Shown here one piece after another: positions 53,506 to 64,000 of a stretch of DNA of 64,000 nt. Positions within the stretch are counted from its first letter, which is position 1. Each line of letters opens with the position of its first letter. The notes below the pieces were generated by a model. That model ran no database searches, was not told the origin of the DNA, and was given only the letters and a program-made list of their open reading frames with translations. The stretch lies in assembly GCA_937625935.1 (NCBI GenBank), contig OW569372.1:62001-126000 (forward strand), given 5' to 3'. Source of the stretch: Tetramitus jugosus (Eukaryota > Protista > Heterolobosea). The position numbers and the translations under genes were made by a program.

Positions 53506-56500
53506 TTACCTCTTCTCTCGTACGCAGAACCTGAGAAGAAGCCCAGCAACGAGCGCTGATGTCAACGCCAAACTGGCCATCACACCAAGATCAAGGGCAA
53601 AGTGGTCGACAGAGAAACCAAAGATATCTAAAATCTTTTCGGCTCTCATTTGGAATGTGTACTCTGCGGACGGAGGATTAAACAGGATCACCCTCCCGTG
53701 CATTTCGTTCACCAGTAGTGCTTCGAGAGAGAATTTGTAGGGACTGATGTATTGGAGGTACCGTAGAGGTATGGGCAATTGTTGGTTGTTGACAAAGAAA
53801 CCACCAAAGAGCATCGTGAATCTGTTGAGATGAATTCAATGACAATCGGGAGGGTTAGTGTTTCTGCCAAATTGATTACAAGCAACAAAACAAAGCGTAA
53901 ATACATACAAATTGATCGCAAGGAATATAATATTTCCAACTGTCACAGATTGGACCACAGAGGAGATGCACAAACATATGCCACCCATCGATATGTTGAA
54001 TAGAACTAGGAAGAGAAGGAACCAGAAAAAGTGAGTCACTGAATCTTGTCTGAGACCCATGATGTAGTACGATATCGAGCCAATGACAATTGGAGGAATC
54101 GTTCTCAGAGGCAAAATATCGAACACCATTCGAGAAACATAGTAAGCATAAGCTCGATAGTATCCTGATGCTCTCTCCGTGACAAACACTTCCCTTTCTG
54201 AGACAAATAATTCCAGTGAGGACATGGCTACGAACGATAACACTACACAAATGAAGAACAATGATCCAATTCGATCTTGAGTTCCATGTAGATCCATCGG
54301 CATCTGATAGAATACAAATCCCATAAACAGACCCATAAAGACTGCAAATATCAAATGAGCTGGAAACAGAAAGAAGTTTCGTACAAAGTTCTTGAAGGAT
54401 CTCGCAGCCAGTACGAAAAATTGCTTGTAGAATGAGGTCATGTATCCACCGTCTGATGTAGCATATTTTGCGCTCTTTCCTGTCAGGCCCACCAAAACAA
54501 GCTTCGATGCTGAAGAACCTTTGAGAATTGAATCATTACGTGGAGAAAGCGATTGTACATTAGTGTTCGAGCTCTGTGCGGCTCCCATGATGATTGAGTA
54601 GTCAGAGTCGTCAGTGAGCGAATCTGTTGGCGAGGAGGCGGGTAACAGGGCTTGATCTGAACCTCTTCTATCAACAAGGGAGTTTGGTCTCGACCTGGTC
54701 CTACTCGTATACACTACCGAGGAAGTACCACAAGACGAAGCAGTGCTAGATTTTCTCTTTGAAGCACCGACAACCAAATCTAATAAATAATCTGGTATAC
54801 TGTGGTTAGGAGACTTTGGAAATCCAAGTTGTTCAAAATGAGCTACCGCCCGTTTCGCAGGTCCAGAATAAGAGACTCTACCGTCACTGAGAAGTAACAA
54901 TTCGTCAATCAGCGAGAATATACTACTTGAAGGTTGATGAATAGAGACAATGATGGTCTTGTTCTGTGCTTGAGCTAAATTGTGTAAACTGGACATGACT
55001 TCATAAGCATTGTATGAATCGAGTCCACTAGTAGGTTCATCACAAAATATGATTGGTTTACTCACGACCAATTCAGCTGCAATAGCAACTCTTCTCTTCT
55101 CTCCACCGGATAGACCTCTCTGTATGTTGGAACCTATACGTTGATTCGCCAAGTGAGATATTCGCAACTCTCTCAGAACACTTCTCACTCTCTCAAGCTT
55201 CTTCTCGTGCGAAACATGTTGTGGTAAACGCAACTCGGCAGAAAACATGACATATTCGTGGACAGTCATCGTTTCCAGCATGATGTTCTCTTGTAGAACA
55301 TAACCCTTGATCAATTGATACGAGGAATCAATTGGAACACCGCCAACACATATATCGCCTGTCACTTGTCCAGATTTTACTCTTCCTGCTAGTATATCAA
55401 GCAGACTCGACTTACCCGCTCCTGAAGCGCCCATGATAGCCATTAGTTTACCTTGAGGGACGTGCGCAGAAATATTCTGCAATATGTATTGTTTCTTGCC
55501 AAATGGACCATACTTTGAGATGCTGTAAGAAATATTGTAAAACGAAAAATCAAAGTTATCGTTCTTGTTCATTTCCTTCCACATCATGTAGAGAGACTTG
55601 TTCTTGATTCGAGAATATATGTAGTGAATAGTGGTTGACAGTACAAGAAGAAGAATCACACTGGACAACACGGCCGCTGTTATCGCCACAGCTGCATAGT
55701 TGAATGGTTTTGGTGGAGGAATGGGAGCTGAATACATGTGCCATGAGAAAGATGATTAGAACCACCAGAATCCCAGTGTAGGAACATAAAGAAAAGAGAA
55801 GAAAACACTTACGTATTGGGCTCGGATTCAATATACATTCGCTCGCCGTACAATTCACACTCATTAAAAATTTCAATTGTTCTTGCTCAAACGTGCACCA
55901 CGTTGTATTGTCATTGCACTTGAACCATGCTTTACCCTTCATAATCGCTAAAAAGTTCTTTAGGAGATCAGGACAAGGATACTCGCCACTACAAGAACAA
56001 TTCGTGGTACGACATTGATAGTCGACGACTGATTCGCCCTTTTGGTTCGTACCTGCTTCCTGACTACAATCATTTCCCGTACAAGAAAATATTTCATAGT
56101 TGTTGCCTGCTGGTTTGTGCCAAGGTCCCCATCTCTGTCCTGTTGTCGTGTACAGTTGCAATTGACAGTGATTCGACGTTCCATTGATCATATTTGGGCA
56201 GTACCACACAGCATTCATGTCCCCTATCGCTGACCATATGCCTTCCTTTTTCACCATGCAATCAAATACTTTTGTATCAAGTTGACCATAGGACATGAGT
56301 GTTTTATCGCACACAAATGTTCCATTGGTATGATGCAACAAGTCCTTGTATTTTTCATAGCATACGGACTCGTTTTTACAACTTGTGCAATAGGAACCTC
56401 CCCAACCCTGCGTACAATTACAAAAATTGCTATCCATCCTATGTGCGCCATTCGCGGAGCAGCTCAAATTGTAACAACGAGATTCAGGTGTAAAATAGGT

Positions 56501-56842
56501 ATCGCACATGCACGTTTCGAGTGTTTCGTTGCAATAACCACCATTTCTACAGGCTCCTCCACAAGAATTGTTGCTTGGATCGATTCCTACGTCTGAAAAG
56601 AACGTGCCATAGTCATCAATTTTCCGAATTTGATGTTCCTCTGGATGCCGTATCCGGTCATTTTCAGCTATAGATCTCGCTAGTAATGTCTGATGTTCCT
56701 CTGTTCGTAATTGAGGTTGAGAACCTGTGTATGGAAAACATGATACAATTGTCCAGTTCGAAGCAATAGTCAACCCAAAAATCAACAGTGCTATTGCGTA
56801 GAATAAATATGTTGGGCGAAGTTTTCCTTTGTTGTTTGTCAT
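53506..56842 (-). CDS. ABCG half transporter with N-terminal EGF-like Cys-rich ectodomain (ADP1-like)
   Basis: Exons 56842-55813, 55727-53910 and 53821-53506. EGF-like CRNGGYC...CNCTQGWGGSYC; TM; GASGAGKSS, LSGGEKRRV, DEPTSGLD, SIHQP; C-terminal ABC2 membrane domain. Confidence 0.93.
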
Positions 56843-57145
56843 AGTTTCTAGAAAAATAACAATTAGTAGTGGTTACTGTCACAAGTGATTGATTGGTGAC
56901 TTATTTGTTGATAATTGAATTGTTGTTGATCAAAATGTTCTTCTGGTTGTGATCCGAGGTGTTTATCTCCGGAGGTATGTCTCTTCCTTTTGTTTTTATT
57001 GTTAGTCTCTTTCTAATGCTTCAGTTCTTGTTGTGAGATGACCAGACTTGTTCGCTGACTCATTGGTTGATTCCTTCCTTGCTGGTGACCAAAAATGCTT
57101 CGCGAAATTTATTTTTGGACTAGGAATCACCTGAACCGGCTCATT

Positions 57146-58987
57146 TCATGCTCTCACTTCCAACAGATTCTGCTCTGCGCAGGATGAGATGAGATCTTGT
57201 CTAACCTTCTTCAATTTTTGAGTTTCATCGTACACTTGCTTTGGCACAGCAATGTCTTCGTCCAACTTAAACATGTGAACGTGACCAGTAGCTGCGCCGG
57301 TGAGTATAAATCTCCCATCTGGAGTCCATTTGACTTTGTTCAGTGAGTTCTCACAAACTTGCTCAGACAGGATGGGCAGATCGAGATCTTTGTTCAGATT
57401 CCATATGGAAAGCATACCACTTCCATCTACTGATGCGAATAGTGCTGGGTGAACCGGAGACCATTGAACATCATAGACATAGTCGCCAAACTCATCGATC
57501 GAGAGCAGTGGTCGCTTGTACTTGTGAGACCATAGTTTACTACTCCAGTCCATGCTGGAAGATAGTATAAAATCTCCAAATTCAGGCATAGGATGTGAAT
57601 GTACGGCAGTGACAGGTGCTTGATGCCCGTAGTAAGTGCTTTCGATACCACTATTCGATCCCAATAGAATGGTAGAATGTAAATTGCCATTCTCGCTGCC
57701 GATATAACACTTGTTTGTCTCGCCTTGTTGGAATGACATGGCATATGTCATGATACTCTTCTCCGTGTTGTTATCGAATCTGGAGTAAAGCTCAACTGTC
57801 TCGGATGGTTTGCTCAAGTTGTTTGGGTTCCAAATGCATATCTTTCCATCTGTGCTCATCGTCACAATTTGATCCAGTTGGTTTGTTCCTAGCAGTTCTA
57901 ATCCAAAGATTGGTTGTGTATGACAGGACGAGTTAATGGTGGATCGTTGAACTGGAGTGGGCTTCTCTCTAGAGTCCCATACCAGTATTTGACCAGAATA
58001 TGTACCCCCTACAATGATATTCGGATCATAGGTATTATATTTAACTATACTCACTGGAGTTTCGCATTCGAACCGCTGTTCATACCGATGAGGCAGATTT
58101 CTATTCCACTGTATGATCAATCCGTCATCTGGAGAATAGTATGTCGCCAGGAAGAGCTCTTTATATTTTGCAGAACAAGCGATACCAGTGACTGATTTTC
58201 CTTTGCACCATGTTTCATCATAAAACACATTCTCCAAATGAATTTTCTTCATGTCTGTAATGCTGTTTCGATTCACAGACGCAGTGTAATCAATTAAGGG
58301 ATCGTATGGTTGATTAATGCATCTCTCAATGTACAGAGAGGCATGGCGGAAGAAATTACCAAATGATAGGGAGTGAAATAGTTCCTCTGCATGTTTCTGT
58401 GCCTCCTCCTCGCTTTTCTCTCTATCCTCCATTCTCTGCTTTTCTTGAACATAATCAGTATCGTCTCCTTCGTCATCATTACTCAAGAAGCTCGTCTGAG
58501 TTGAAAATGATCCATCATTGCCCACCGTTGCCATCTTCTCCTCAACATACTCGGCCTGAAGGATTGGAATTTCAACATTCTCTATGGATGTCTGAACTTC
58601 TTTTGAATAGGAATCTCGAGGCACTATATCAATGATCATATCTTCCATTGGACATAGAACCAGATTAGCTCTTCTCTTCCTTGTTATTTCACTTGTTATC
58701 TCGTCGATTGTATTAATGGATACTTGTGGAGTCGTAGCTTCTGCAGTTAGATTGGACTGTGGTGTGTCATGAGATAATGAAGGTTGTGGTTTTGGTGCAG
58801 TAGTGTTGCTTGTCATCACATTCTGAAACAGATTGTCAATATCACTTGTTTGAAACTTTGAACTTGATTCGATCAGTGATGATAGGGGAGTACTGGGCGT
58901 CAGGCCAGCTCTTTGGGACTTCCGAAGCTCTAATGCTTGTTTCTTCCTGGCCAATACTTCTCTTAGCTCCTCTGCTTTGCTGCTCAT
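57146..58987 (-). CDS. Cytoplasmic dynein intermediate chain (WD40)
   Basis: N-terminal coiled coil (KAEELREVLARKKQALELRK), YSKEVQT light-chain motif, FFRHASLYIERCI, GGTYSGQILVWD, SSSMDWSSKLW, DYVYDVQWSPVHPALFASVDGSG. Confidence 0.93.
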   Translation of the reverse strand: MSSKAEELREVLARKKQALELRKSQRAGLTPSTPLSSLIESSSKFQTSDIDNLFQNVMTSNTTAPKPQPSLSHDTPQSNLTAEATTPQVSINTIDEITSEITRKRRANLVLCPMEDMIIDIVPRDSYSKEVQTSIENVEIPILQAEYVEEKMATVGNDGSFSTQTSFLSNDDEGDDTDYVQEKQRMEDREKSEEEAQKHAEELFHSLSFGNFFRHASLYIERCINQPYDPLIDYTASVNRNSITDMKKIHLENVFYDETWCKGKSVTGIACSAKYKELFLATYYSPDDGLIIQWNRNLPHRYEQRFECETPVSIVKYNTYDPNIIVGGTYSGQILVWDSREKPTPVQRSTINSSCHTQPIFGLELLGTNQLDQIVTMSTDGKICIWNPNNLSKPSETVELYSRFDNNTEKSIMTYAMSFQQGETNKCYIGSENGNLHSTILLGSNSGIESTYYGHQAPVTAVHSHPMPEFGDFILSSSMDWSSKLWSHKYKRPLLSIDEFGDYVYDVQWSPVHPALFASVDGSGMLSIWNLNKDLDLPILSEQVCENSLNKVKWTPDGRFILTGAATGHVHMFKLDEDIAVPKQVYDETQKLKKVRQDLISSCAEQNLLEVRA

Positions 58988-59128
58988 TTTGTGTTGGTTA
59001 GTGATGCTAAAAAAATAAATTGTAAGGTCGAACTTTTGACAGTTCATGTCTCGTGATTGATTTTTTGTTACTATGTAATTTACAATTTGTTCCTTTTTAC
59101 AATATTACAATTAAATTATCCTAGTCTC

Positions 59129-60484
59129 TTAATTCCTCGTTGAGGATATCTTTGACGACCCACTTGAATAGCTACTGGAAGCCTCGGAAGAAAACACTGC
59201 AAAATATATTAACATAAAGTCCTCCTTTGATATCATACGACTGTAATTATCCTCCAGCAACAACAATTGTTGAAACGCAACCGTAGGAGAAGACGAATGA
59301 GTATTGGAAGGAGACGACGAGGAAGTAGATGATGACGTTGCAGCCACATTCTTCTCCAAAATTTTTGGCGCTGATGCTCGTATCACCTTATTCATCTCTC
59401 TCTGAACGCGCGAAATACTAATCTGTGCCACCGTGGCCAACTTGAGAACATGCTCCATCTTTATCACTCCACTGTTGTGACTCTGATTCTGATTCTGATA
59501 AACATCCTTATCAATATCCATTACATTTCGATGCGTGGACAACAATGATGGTCCATAGTGATGATGACCCCTTGACATGAGTGGAATCTCAGAGTAGTGA
59601 GGTGGAATTTCACGAAACATTTGAAAAATGTACTCTCCGAACTGGTAGAGAAACTTGGTGAGAATACTGGCTTGTCTCGCTACGAGACAAACCAACACCA
59701 TGTACATGTCTCTCATTCGTATGACACCACGTGCCTGAGTATCCAACGTATCGAAAATGTCCAATAATCGATATTCTTGAATGGGTCGGAACATGTTTCG
59801 AGTAAAAGTACGTTGTTGTTGCTGCTGTGGTTGCTGTTGCTGTGGTTGTTGTTGTTGTTGTCTTGCATTGGCCGAAGCAGCAGTAGCAGTGGATGGAGAG
59901 GATGGAACGAGAACCAATTCTTGAAACACACAGACAAAAGTGTACTCTGTGACGAGAATGTACTGTTTTGCGTTAATGTTCATCATTTGTCGAGGTGAAC
60001 TAATGGGTGATGCCTTACTGTTTCCTCCACCACCACCTCCACCTCCGCCATTACTACCTCCCATCAATGAAACTGGAAATGCTGCTCCACTACTACCATG
60101 ATGACCACTACTGTGAATATTGGGTGAATAGTGTGATGATTGTTGATAATTATGACCATGTAGATTATTATTCGCAGCTTGATGATGATAGGGAGACGAA
60201 GAAGAAGAAGGAATAAAGTCCCTAGGCGAACTCTCGACAATAAATTTTTGAATTTGATCTTGAATGTAGTTCAAAAAGGCTCGATATCCCTGAGGTCGCG
60301 TAATCACAGAATAAAACATGTGATTTAATGATTGTTGTTGTTCTGGATTGTTGTGCTGTATTTGTTGGATGCATGAGGAGAAGAATTGTTTTTCTTTGGG
60401 ACCTTCCATGGCACTTTCGAATATGGTGGCTAGGAGACCATAGTTGAGTCGAATGTCACTTTGATGGATTGGATTGGAAGGCAT
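59129..60484 (-). CDS. EF-hand-like protein, EFCAB9-like core interrupted by low-complexity inserts
   Basis: LLDIFDTLDTQARGVIRMRDMYMVLVCLVARQASILTKFLYQFGEYIFQMF resembles EFCAB9 ([39 protein letters not shown]); degenerate EF-hand LEDNYSRMISKEDF. Confidence 0.6.
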   Translation of the reverse strand: MPSNPIHQSDIRLNYGLLATIFESAMEGPKEKQFFSSCIQQIQHNNPEQQQSLNHMFYSVITRPQGYRAFLNYIQDQIQKFIVESSPRDFIPSSSSSPYHHQAANNNLHGHNYQQSSHYSPNIHSSGHHGSSGAAFPVSLMGGSNGGGGGGGGGNSKASPISSPRQMMNINAKQYILVTEYTFVCVFQELVLVPSSPSTATAASANARQQQQQPQQQQPQQQQQRTFTRNMFRPIQEYRLLDIFDTLDTQARGVIRMRDMYMVLVCLVARQASILTKFLYQFGEYIFQMFREIPPHYSEIPLMSRGHHHYGPSLLSTHRNVMDIDKDVYQNQNQSHNSGVIKMEHVLKLATVAQISISRVQREMNKVIRASAPKILEKNVAATSSSTSSSSPSNTHSSSPTVAFQQLLLLEDNYSRMISKEDFMLIYFAVFSSEASSSYSSGSSKISSTRN

Positions 60485-60759
60485 TTCTTATATTGTTGTT
60501 GTGGTTGTTGGATTGTTGGATTGTTGTTGGTGTTTTAGGGTGGTTTTTGTTGATTCGTTGGCCTTTGTGACTCTTGGTCACACCAGTAGGGACGGAATAA
60601 AACAACAGCAGTTGATGGGCGATGTCATCCGTTTGATGATTGTTCAATGAGTTTCAGTAACTGCCATGCTTCAAGCAAAAAAAACTAATACCGCGACACC
60701 AAAAAAGAAGAACAAAATTTCACACAGAAAAACAATAAGCAACAACACACTCATTCACA

Positions 60760-62259
60760 ATGCCAAAAGTTCCAACAAGCACCAGCAACAAGCAACAAAA
60801 CAAGAATAAAAAACTAAAGCATGACCCACTCGCAAAACAAATCCTAGACAGCATGCATGTCACCGAAAAACAACGAAAAAGAAAGAGTCAAGAAGACGAA
60901 TTTGATGAAGAAATTGATGACGCATTATTGGAGCAGTACCTCGATACTAAAATGTCCAACAAAATTCTACAACATGCCAAGCAGCAAGACGAAGACTCTG
61001 ACAATGAAGAAGAAGTCAACAACAACAACAACAACAACCAACAAGTGAACAATCAATTATCATCAAAATCAAAGCTCTTATCCGTCAATGATCTCGCATT
61101 CAAAGAGGAAGATGAAGAAGATGAAGACGTGTTTTATGAAGAATCCGATAATCAAACATTGTCCGCAACTGATGCCCACACATTGGACTTGTTTTTGGGT
61201 GGAGGAGCAGCTACTACTACTACTGCAGCATCTGCCACTGGTGGTGGTGAACAAGTTTCCTTCTTTGCTCCAGCAACAGCAAACAAGACTACTGGTTCAA
61301 AGCAACAAACGATACAAGAACTCATTTTACAAAAAATTAGAGAAAAGGAAGCAAAACAGGCCAATGCCACTCTATCTCAAACAGAGCAAGACGTTCAAAA
61401 CAAGTTGCATCCAAAGGTTGTTTCCACATATAAGAAATTGGGCATGTTGTTGTCACGATACACATCTGGACCTCTACCCAAAGCATTCAAAGTCATTCCC
61501 TCATTGTCCAATTGGGAAGAAATTGTTTATTTGACCAATCCTGAAAAGTGGTCCTATCAGGCACTGTATCAAGCCACAAGAATCTTTGTTTCGATATTGG
61601 ATCCAAAGATGGGTGCTCATTACTTGAGTATGATTCTGTTGCCAAAGTTTAGAAGTGATGTGGAGCGTTCTGTTCAGTACAATCATCACCAGGACAGCAA
61701 TGTGGTCGGAAAGAGAAAATTGAACCATCACATTTATCAGTCATTGATCAAGTCTTGCTATCGAGCATCCGCCTTCTTCAAGGGCATTGTGTTCCCACTG
61801 TGCGAGTCTGGTGATTGTTCACCACTGGAGGCAAACATGATTGGCAGTATTATCAAGAAAGCTTCTCTGCCTAATTTGCACTCGTGTGCAGCACTGTATC
61901 GATTGGCTCAAATGCCATTCACTCCAACCAATCTCTTCTTCGTCAAGGTGTTGTTAGCAAAGAGATATGCACTTCCAAGTCAAGTCGTAGAAGCTCTTGT
62001 CGAATACTTCCATCAGTTCATTACGAATCCTCGTTTGCAACAAGAGTACTTGCATGTCATGTGGCATCAGACTCTATTGTTGTTTGTTCAGTTGTACAAG
62101 AAGGATTTTTCTTCTGCACAAAAGTCAAAGATTTACAATGTGTGCAAGAAGAGAAGTCACAACTTGATTACACCTGAGATTCGAAGAGAGTTGAACAGAT
62201 CGGCCTCTGCATTCTCCTCCTCGTCATCTGCACAACAAGACACCATGACTGACGAATAA
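60760..62259 (+). CDS. BYSL: Bystin / Enp1 (40S biogenesis factor)
   Basis: LLSRYTSGPLPKAFKVIPSLSNWEE, ALYQATRIF, AFFKGIVFPL, KRYALP, LHVMWHQTLL, HNLITPEIRREL. Confidence 0.97.
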   Translation: MPKVPTSTSNKQQNKNKKLKHDPLAKQILDSMHVTEKQRKRKSQEDEFDEEIDDALLEQYLDTKMSNKILQHAKQQDEDSDNEEEVNNNNNNNQQVNNQLSSKSKLLSVNDLAFKEEDEEDEDVFYEESDNQTLSATDAHTLDLFLGGGAATTTTAASATGGGEQVSFFAPATANKTTGSKQQTIQELILQKIREKEAKQANATLSQTEQDVQNKLHPKVVSTYKKLGMLLSRYTSGPLPKAFKVIPSLSNWEEIVYLTNPEKWSYQALYQATRIFVSILDPKMGAHYLSMILLPKFRSDVERSVQYNHHQDSNVVGKRKLNHHIYQSLIKSCYRASAFFKGIVFPLCESGDCSPLEANMIGSIIKKASLPNLHSCAALYRLAQMPFTPTNLFFVKVLLAKRYALPSQVVEALVEYFHQFITNPRLQQEYLHVMWHQTLLLFVQLYKKDFSSAQKSKIYNVCKKRSHNLITPEIRRELNRSASAFSSSSSAQQDTMTDE

Positions 62260-62321
62260 AAATATCCTTCAACTTGACATCTTCCAAGTGTTATTTTTAC
62301 AGCCGTAAAGACAAATTTCCT

Positions 62322-62435
62322 TTCCGCGGAATTGACTGTCGAACAGTTGGCGATATCCATTCAGATTCCGTAAATTCCGGGCACAATCCAGATTCCGGAT
62401 TATTGAGCCGTGTACTACTACAGATTGATTTATAA
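62322..62435 (+). promoter_or_regulatory. HSP20 promoter: clustered TTCCG elements and TATA box
   Basis: Palindrome TTCCGCGGAA (62322-62331), ATTCCG at 62365, 62374 and 62392, TTTATAA at 62429-62435, about 100 bp before the ATG at 62535. Confidence 0.45.
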
Positions 62436-62534
62436 CTGGGCTTGGTTCAAGCCAAGGTTCATCCAACAAACAACAAGAACAGAAACAACTCAACTAACAC
62501 AAGAAACAACCTAAGCAACCTACTGACTGTAAAT

Positions 62535-63029
62535 ATGAGCCTATTGAGATTTGGTAGAGATTCCTTCTTTGACGACTTCTTCTCTGATGATTTCGTTGGA
62601 ATGAACAGAAGAATTCGTAATCTAGAGAGATCATTGATGCCTAGAGAGTCATCACTTATGACTCCAGACGTATTTAGAGCTCCAAAGGTCGACTTCAAAG
62701 ACAATGGTGACAAGTACACATTGGTAGCTGAGCTCCCCGGAACCAACAAGGACGATATTAAGATTGATTTGGATGAAGACAATCATACCTTGAAGCTCAG
62801 TGGAGAGAAGAAGATGGAGAGAGAAGAGGAGAACCAGGAGACCAAGTATCACTATAGAGAGATGAGCTATGGCAGATTTGAGAGAACATTCAAACTACCA
62901 TCTGATGTTCACTTGGAAGATATCAAGGCTTCAATGAACAATGGTTTGTTGAGCGTTGATATCCCAAAGGTCCCTACCAAGGAACAAGAAGTGAAGCCAA
63001 GAATCAGAAACATTGGAATCACTGAGTAA
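62535..63029 (+). CDS. Small heat shock protein (HSP20/alpha-crystallin domain)
   Basis: PKVDFKDNGDKYTLVAELPG...KDDIKI...LKLSGEK...EMSYGRFERTFKLP...IKASMNNGLLSVDIPK and a C-terminal IxI motif (NIGIT). Confidence 0.97.
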   Translation: MSLLRFGRDSFFDDFFSDDFVGMNRRIRNLERSLMPRESSLMTPDVFRAPKVDFKDNGDKYTLVAELPGTNKDDIKIDLDEDNHTLKLSGEKKMEREEENQETKYHYREMSYGRFERTFKLPSDVHLEDIKASMNNGLLSVDIPKVPTKEQEVKPRIRNIGITE

Positions 63030-63118
63030 AGTGTACCAACCACAACAATACACAAATGTAAATAAACAAAGGGTGTACGGGAAACTTTCAAAAAAATCAA
63101 AACTGTAACTTTACAACA

Positions 63119-63964
63119 CTACTTTACACAACATCCTCTCCTCGTAGATTGTGCATTTACCTGGTTGTATGGATATGATACAATTTTAATTGTACTAGGA
63201 CTACAGACACTGAATGAAGTATCACCTCCATCAGTCTGTTCTGTTGCCAAGTGTTCCACAATCTCATCGTAGTTCTCCTTGCTTTTCTGGGCAATAGTTT
63301 TCATGCATTCCTCAATGTTGACATTGTCTTTGGCACTGACTTTGAAAACACCACAGAAGCCATTTCTTCTGCAAAATTCCTCATCAGGAATCTCCACCTC
63401 ACACAAATCACACTTGTTTCCCACAAGCAAGGTGGGGATGGGTCTTCCAGTTACTGGAGTTAAAACTTTTGCGTCTATATCCTTCTTCCACTCGATGCAT
63501 TCCTGTAGAGAGTCTGACCGAGTAACATCGTACACCACGATTGCGGCCAGTGCTTCTCTATAGTACGCCCGGGTCAATGATTTGAAACGCTCTTGACCTG
63601 CAATATCCCACAATTGCAACCGGATGTTCAACTTGGAGTCATATGGTAGTGTTCGTGAAAGAAAATCAGCCCCTATCTAATGAAAATTGTTAGTAACTTA
63701 GATCTGATGCACAATCTTTGAAAAGGTACAGGTATATACTTACTGTTCCTTTATACATTGGACTAAAAATATTGGACGCATATCTTCTGATTATACTCGT
63801 CTTACCTGTGTGTAAAATTGTGAGTCAACATCAGTAGGCGAAACGATTAGGATCTATAGACTGTCAATAAATAAACAAACGTATGATAACTTACCAACAC
63901 AACTCTCGCCGACTACAATCACTTTAAAGTCAAGGGTTTTTGGACTGGTCTTCTGTCTTCTCAT
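63119..63964 (-). CDS. Rab GTPase, Rab32/38/29-like
   Basis: Exons 63964-63895, 63805-63744 and 63676-63119. GESCVGKTS, YKGTIGADF, WDIAGQE (Rab32/38/29 signature), NKCD, SAK, C-terminal CCVK. Confidence 0.9.
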
Positions 63965-64000
63965 TTTGTCCTTGCAGATCGATTATCCTGATTGATGTTG

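Noticed and set aside
1-64000. Alternative genetic code, stop readthrough or frameshifts explaining split ORFs; numerous antisense and nested short ORFs
   Set aside because: Every split gene examined is joined in frame by canonical GT-AG introns, and all three stop codons terminate genes. The short overlapping ORFs are shadows of real CDSs and trinucleotide repeats.

Overview
Gene-dense eukaryotic nuclear DNA from a protist, standard genetic code. Short GT-AG introns with strong GTATGT/GTAAGT donors, many coding poly-N/Q/D/H tracts, and intergenic gaps often under 250 bp. Style and gene content suggest a heterolobosean/discoban amoeboflagellate, but this is inference. About 30 protein genes were reconstructed, including spliced ones the ORF track fragments or misses: FNIP/Lst4, BTB protein, GIY-YIG/T5orf172-like ORF, SMP (Mmm1-like) protein, RPS15, CS+SEL1/TPR tail-anchored protein, CHD6-9-like remodeller, SNAP, SHIPPO-repeat protein, COMMD7, H+-PPase, DDX11, YVH1-like protein, secreted PLA2, a 3492-aa Ig-repeat/VWA surface protein, ELO, GCP3, Ctr, a bacterial-type epimerase, DPH6, LMBR1-like, ADP1-like ABCG, dynein IC, EFCAB9-like, bystin, HSP20 and Rab32-like. 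There is also an intronless tRNA-Tyr. The strongest novelty candidates are (i) an unassigned ~230-nt highly structured ncRNA just upstream of the tRNA-Tyr, (ii) the giant LapA-like adhesin with an eukaryotic N-terminal membrane anchor, (iii) an H+-PPase fused to a luminal Ig-like domain, and (iv) an ATOM69/Tom36-like mitochondrial receptor candidate. All family calls come from motif recognition by eye; no database search was run.
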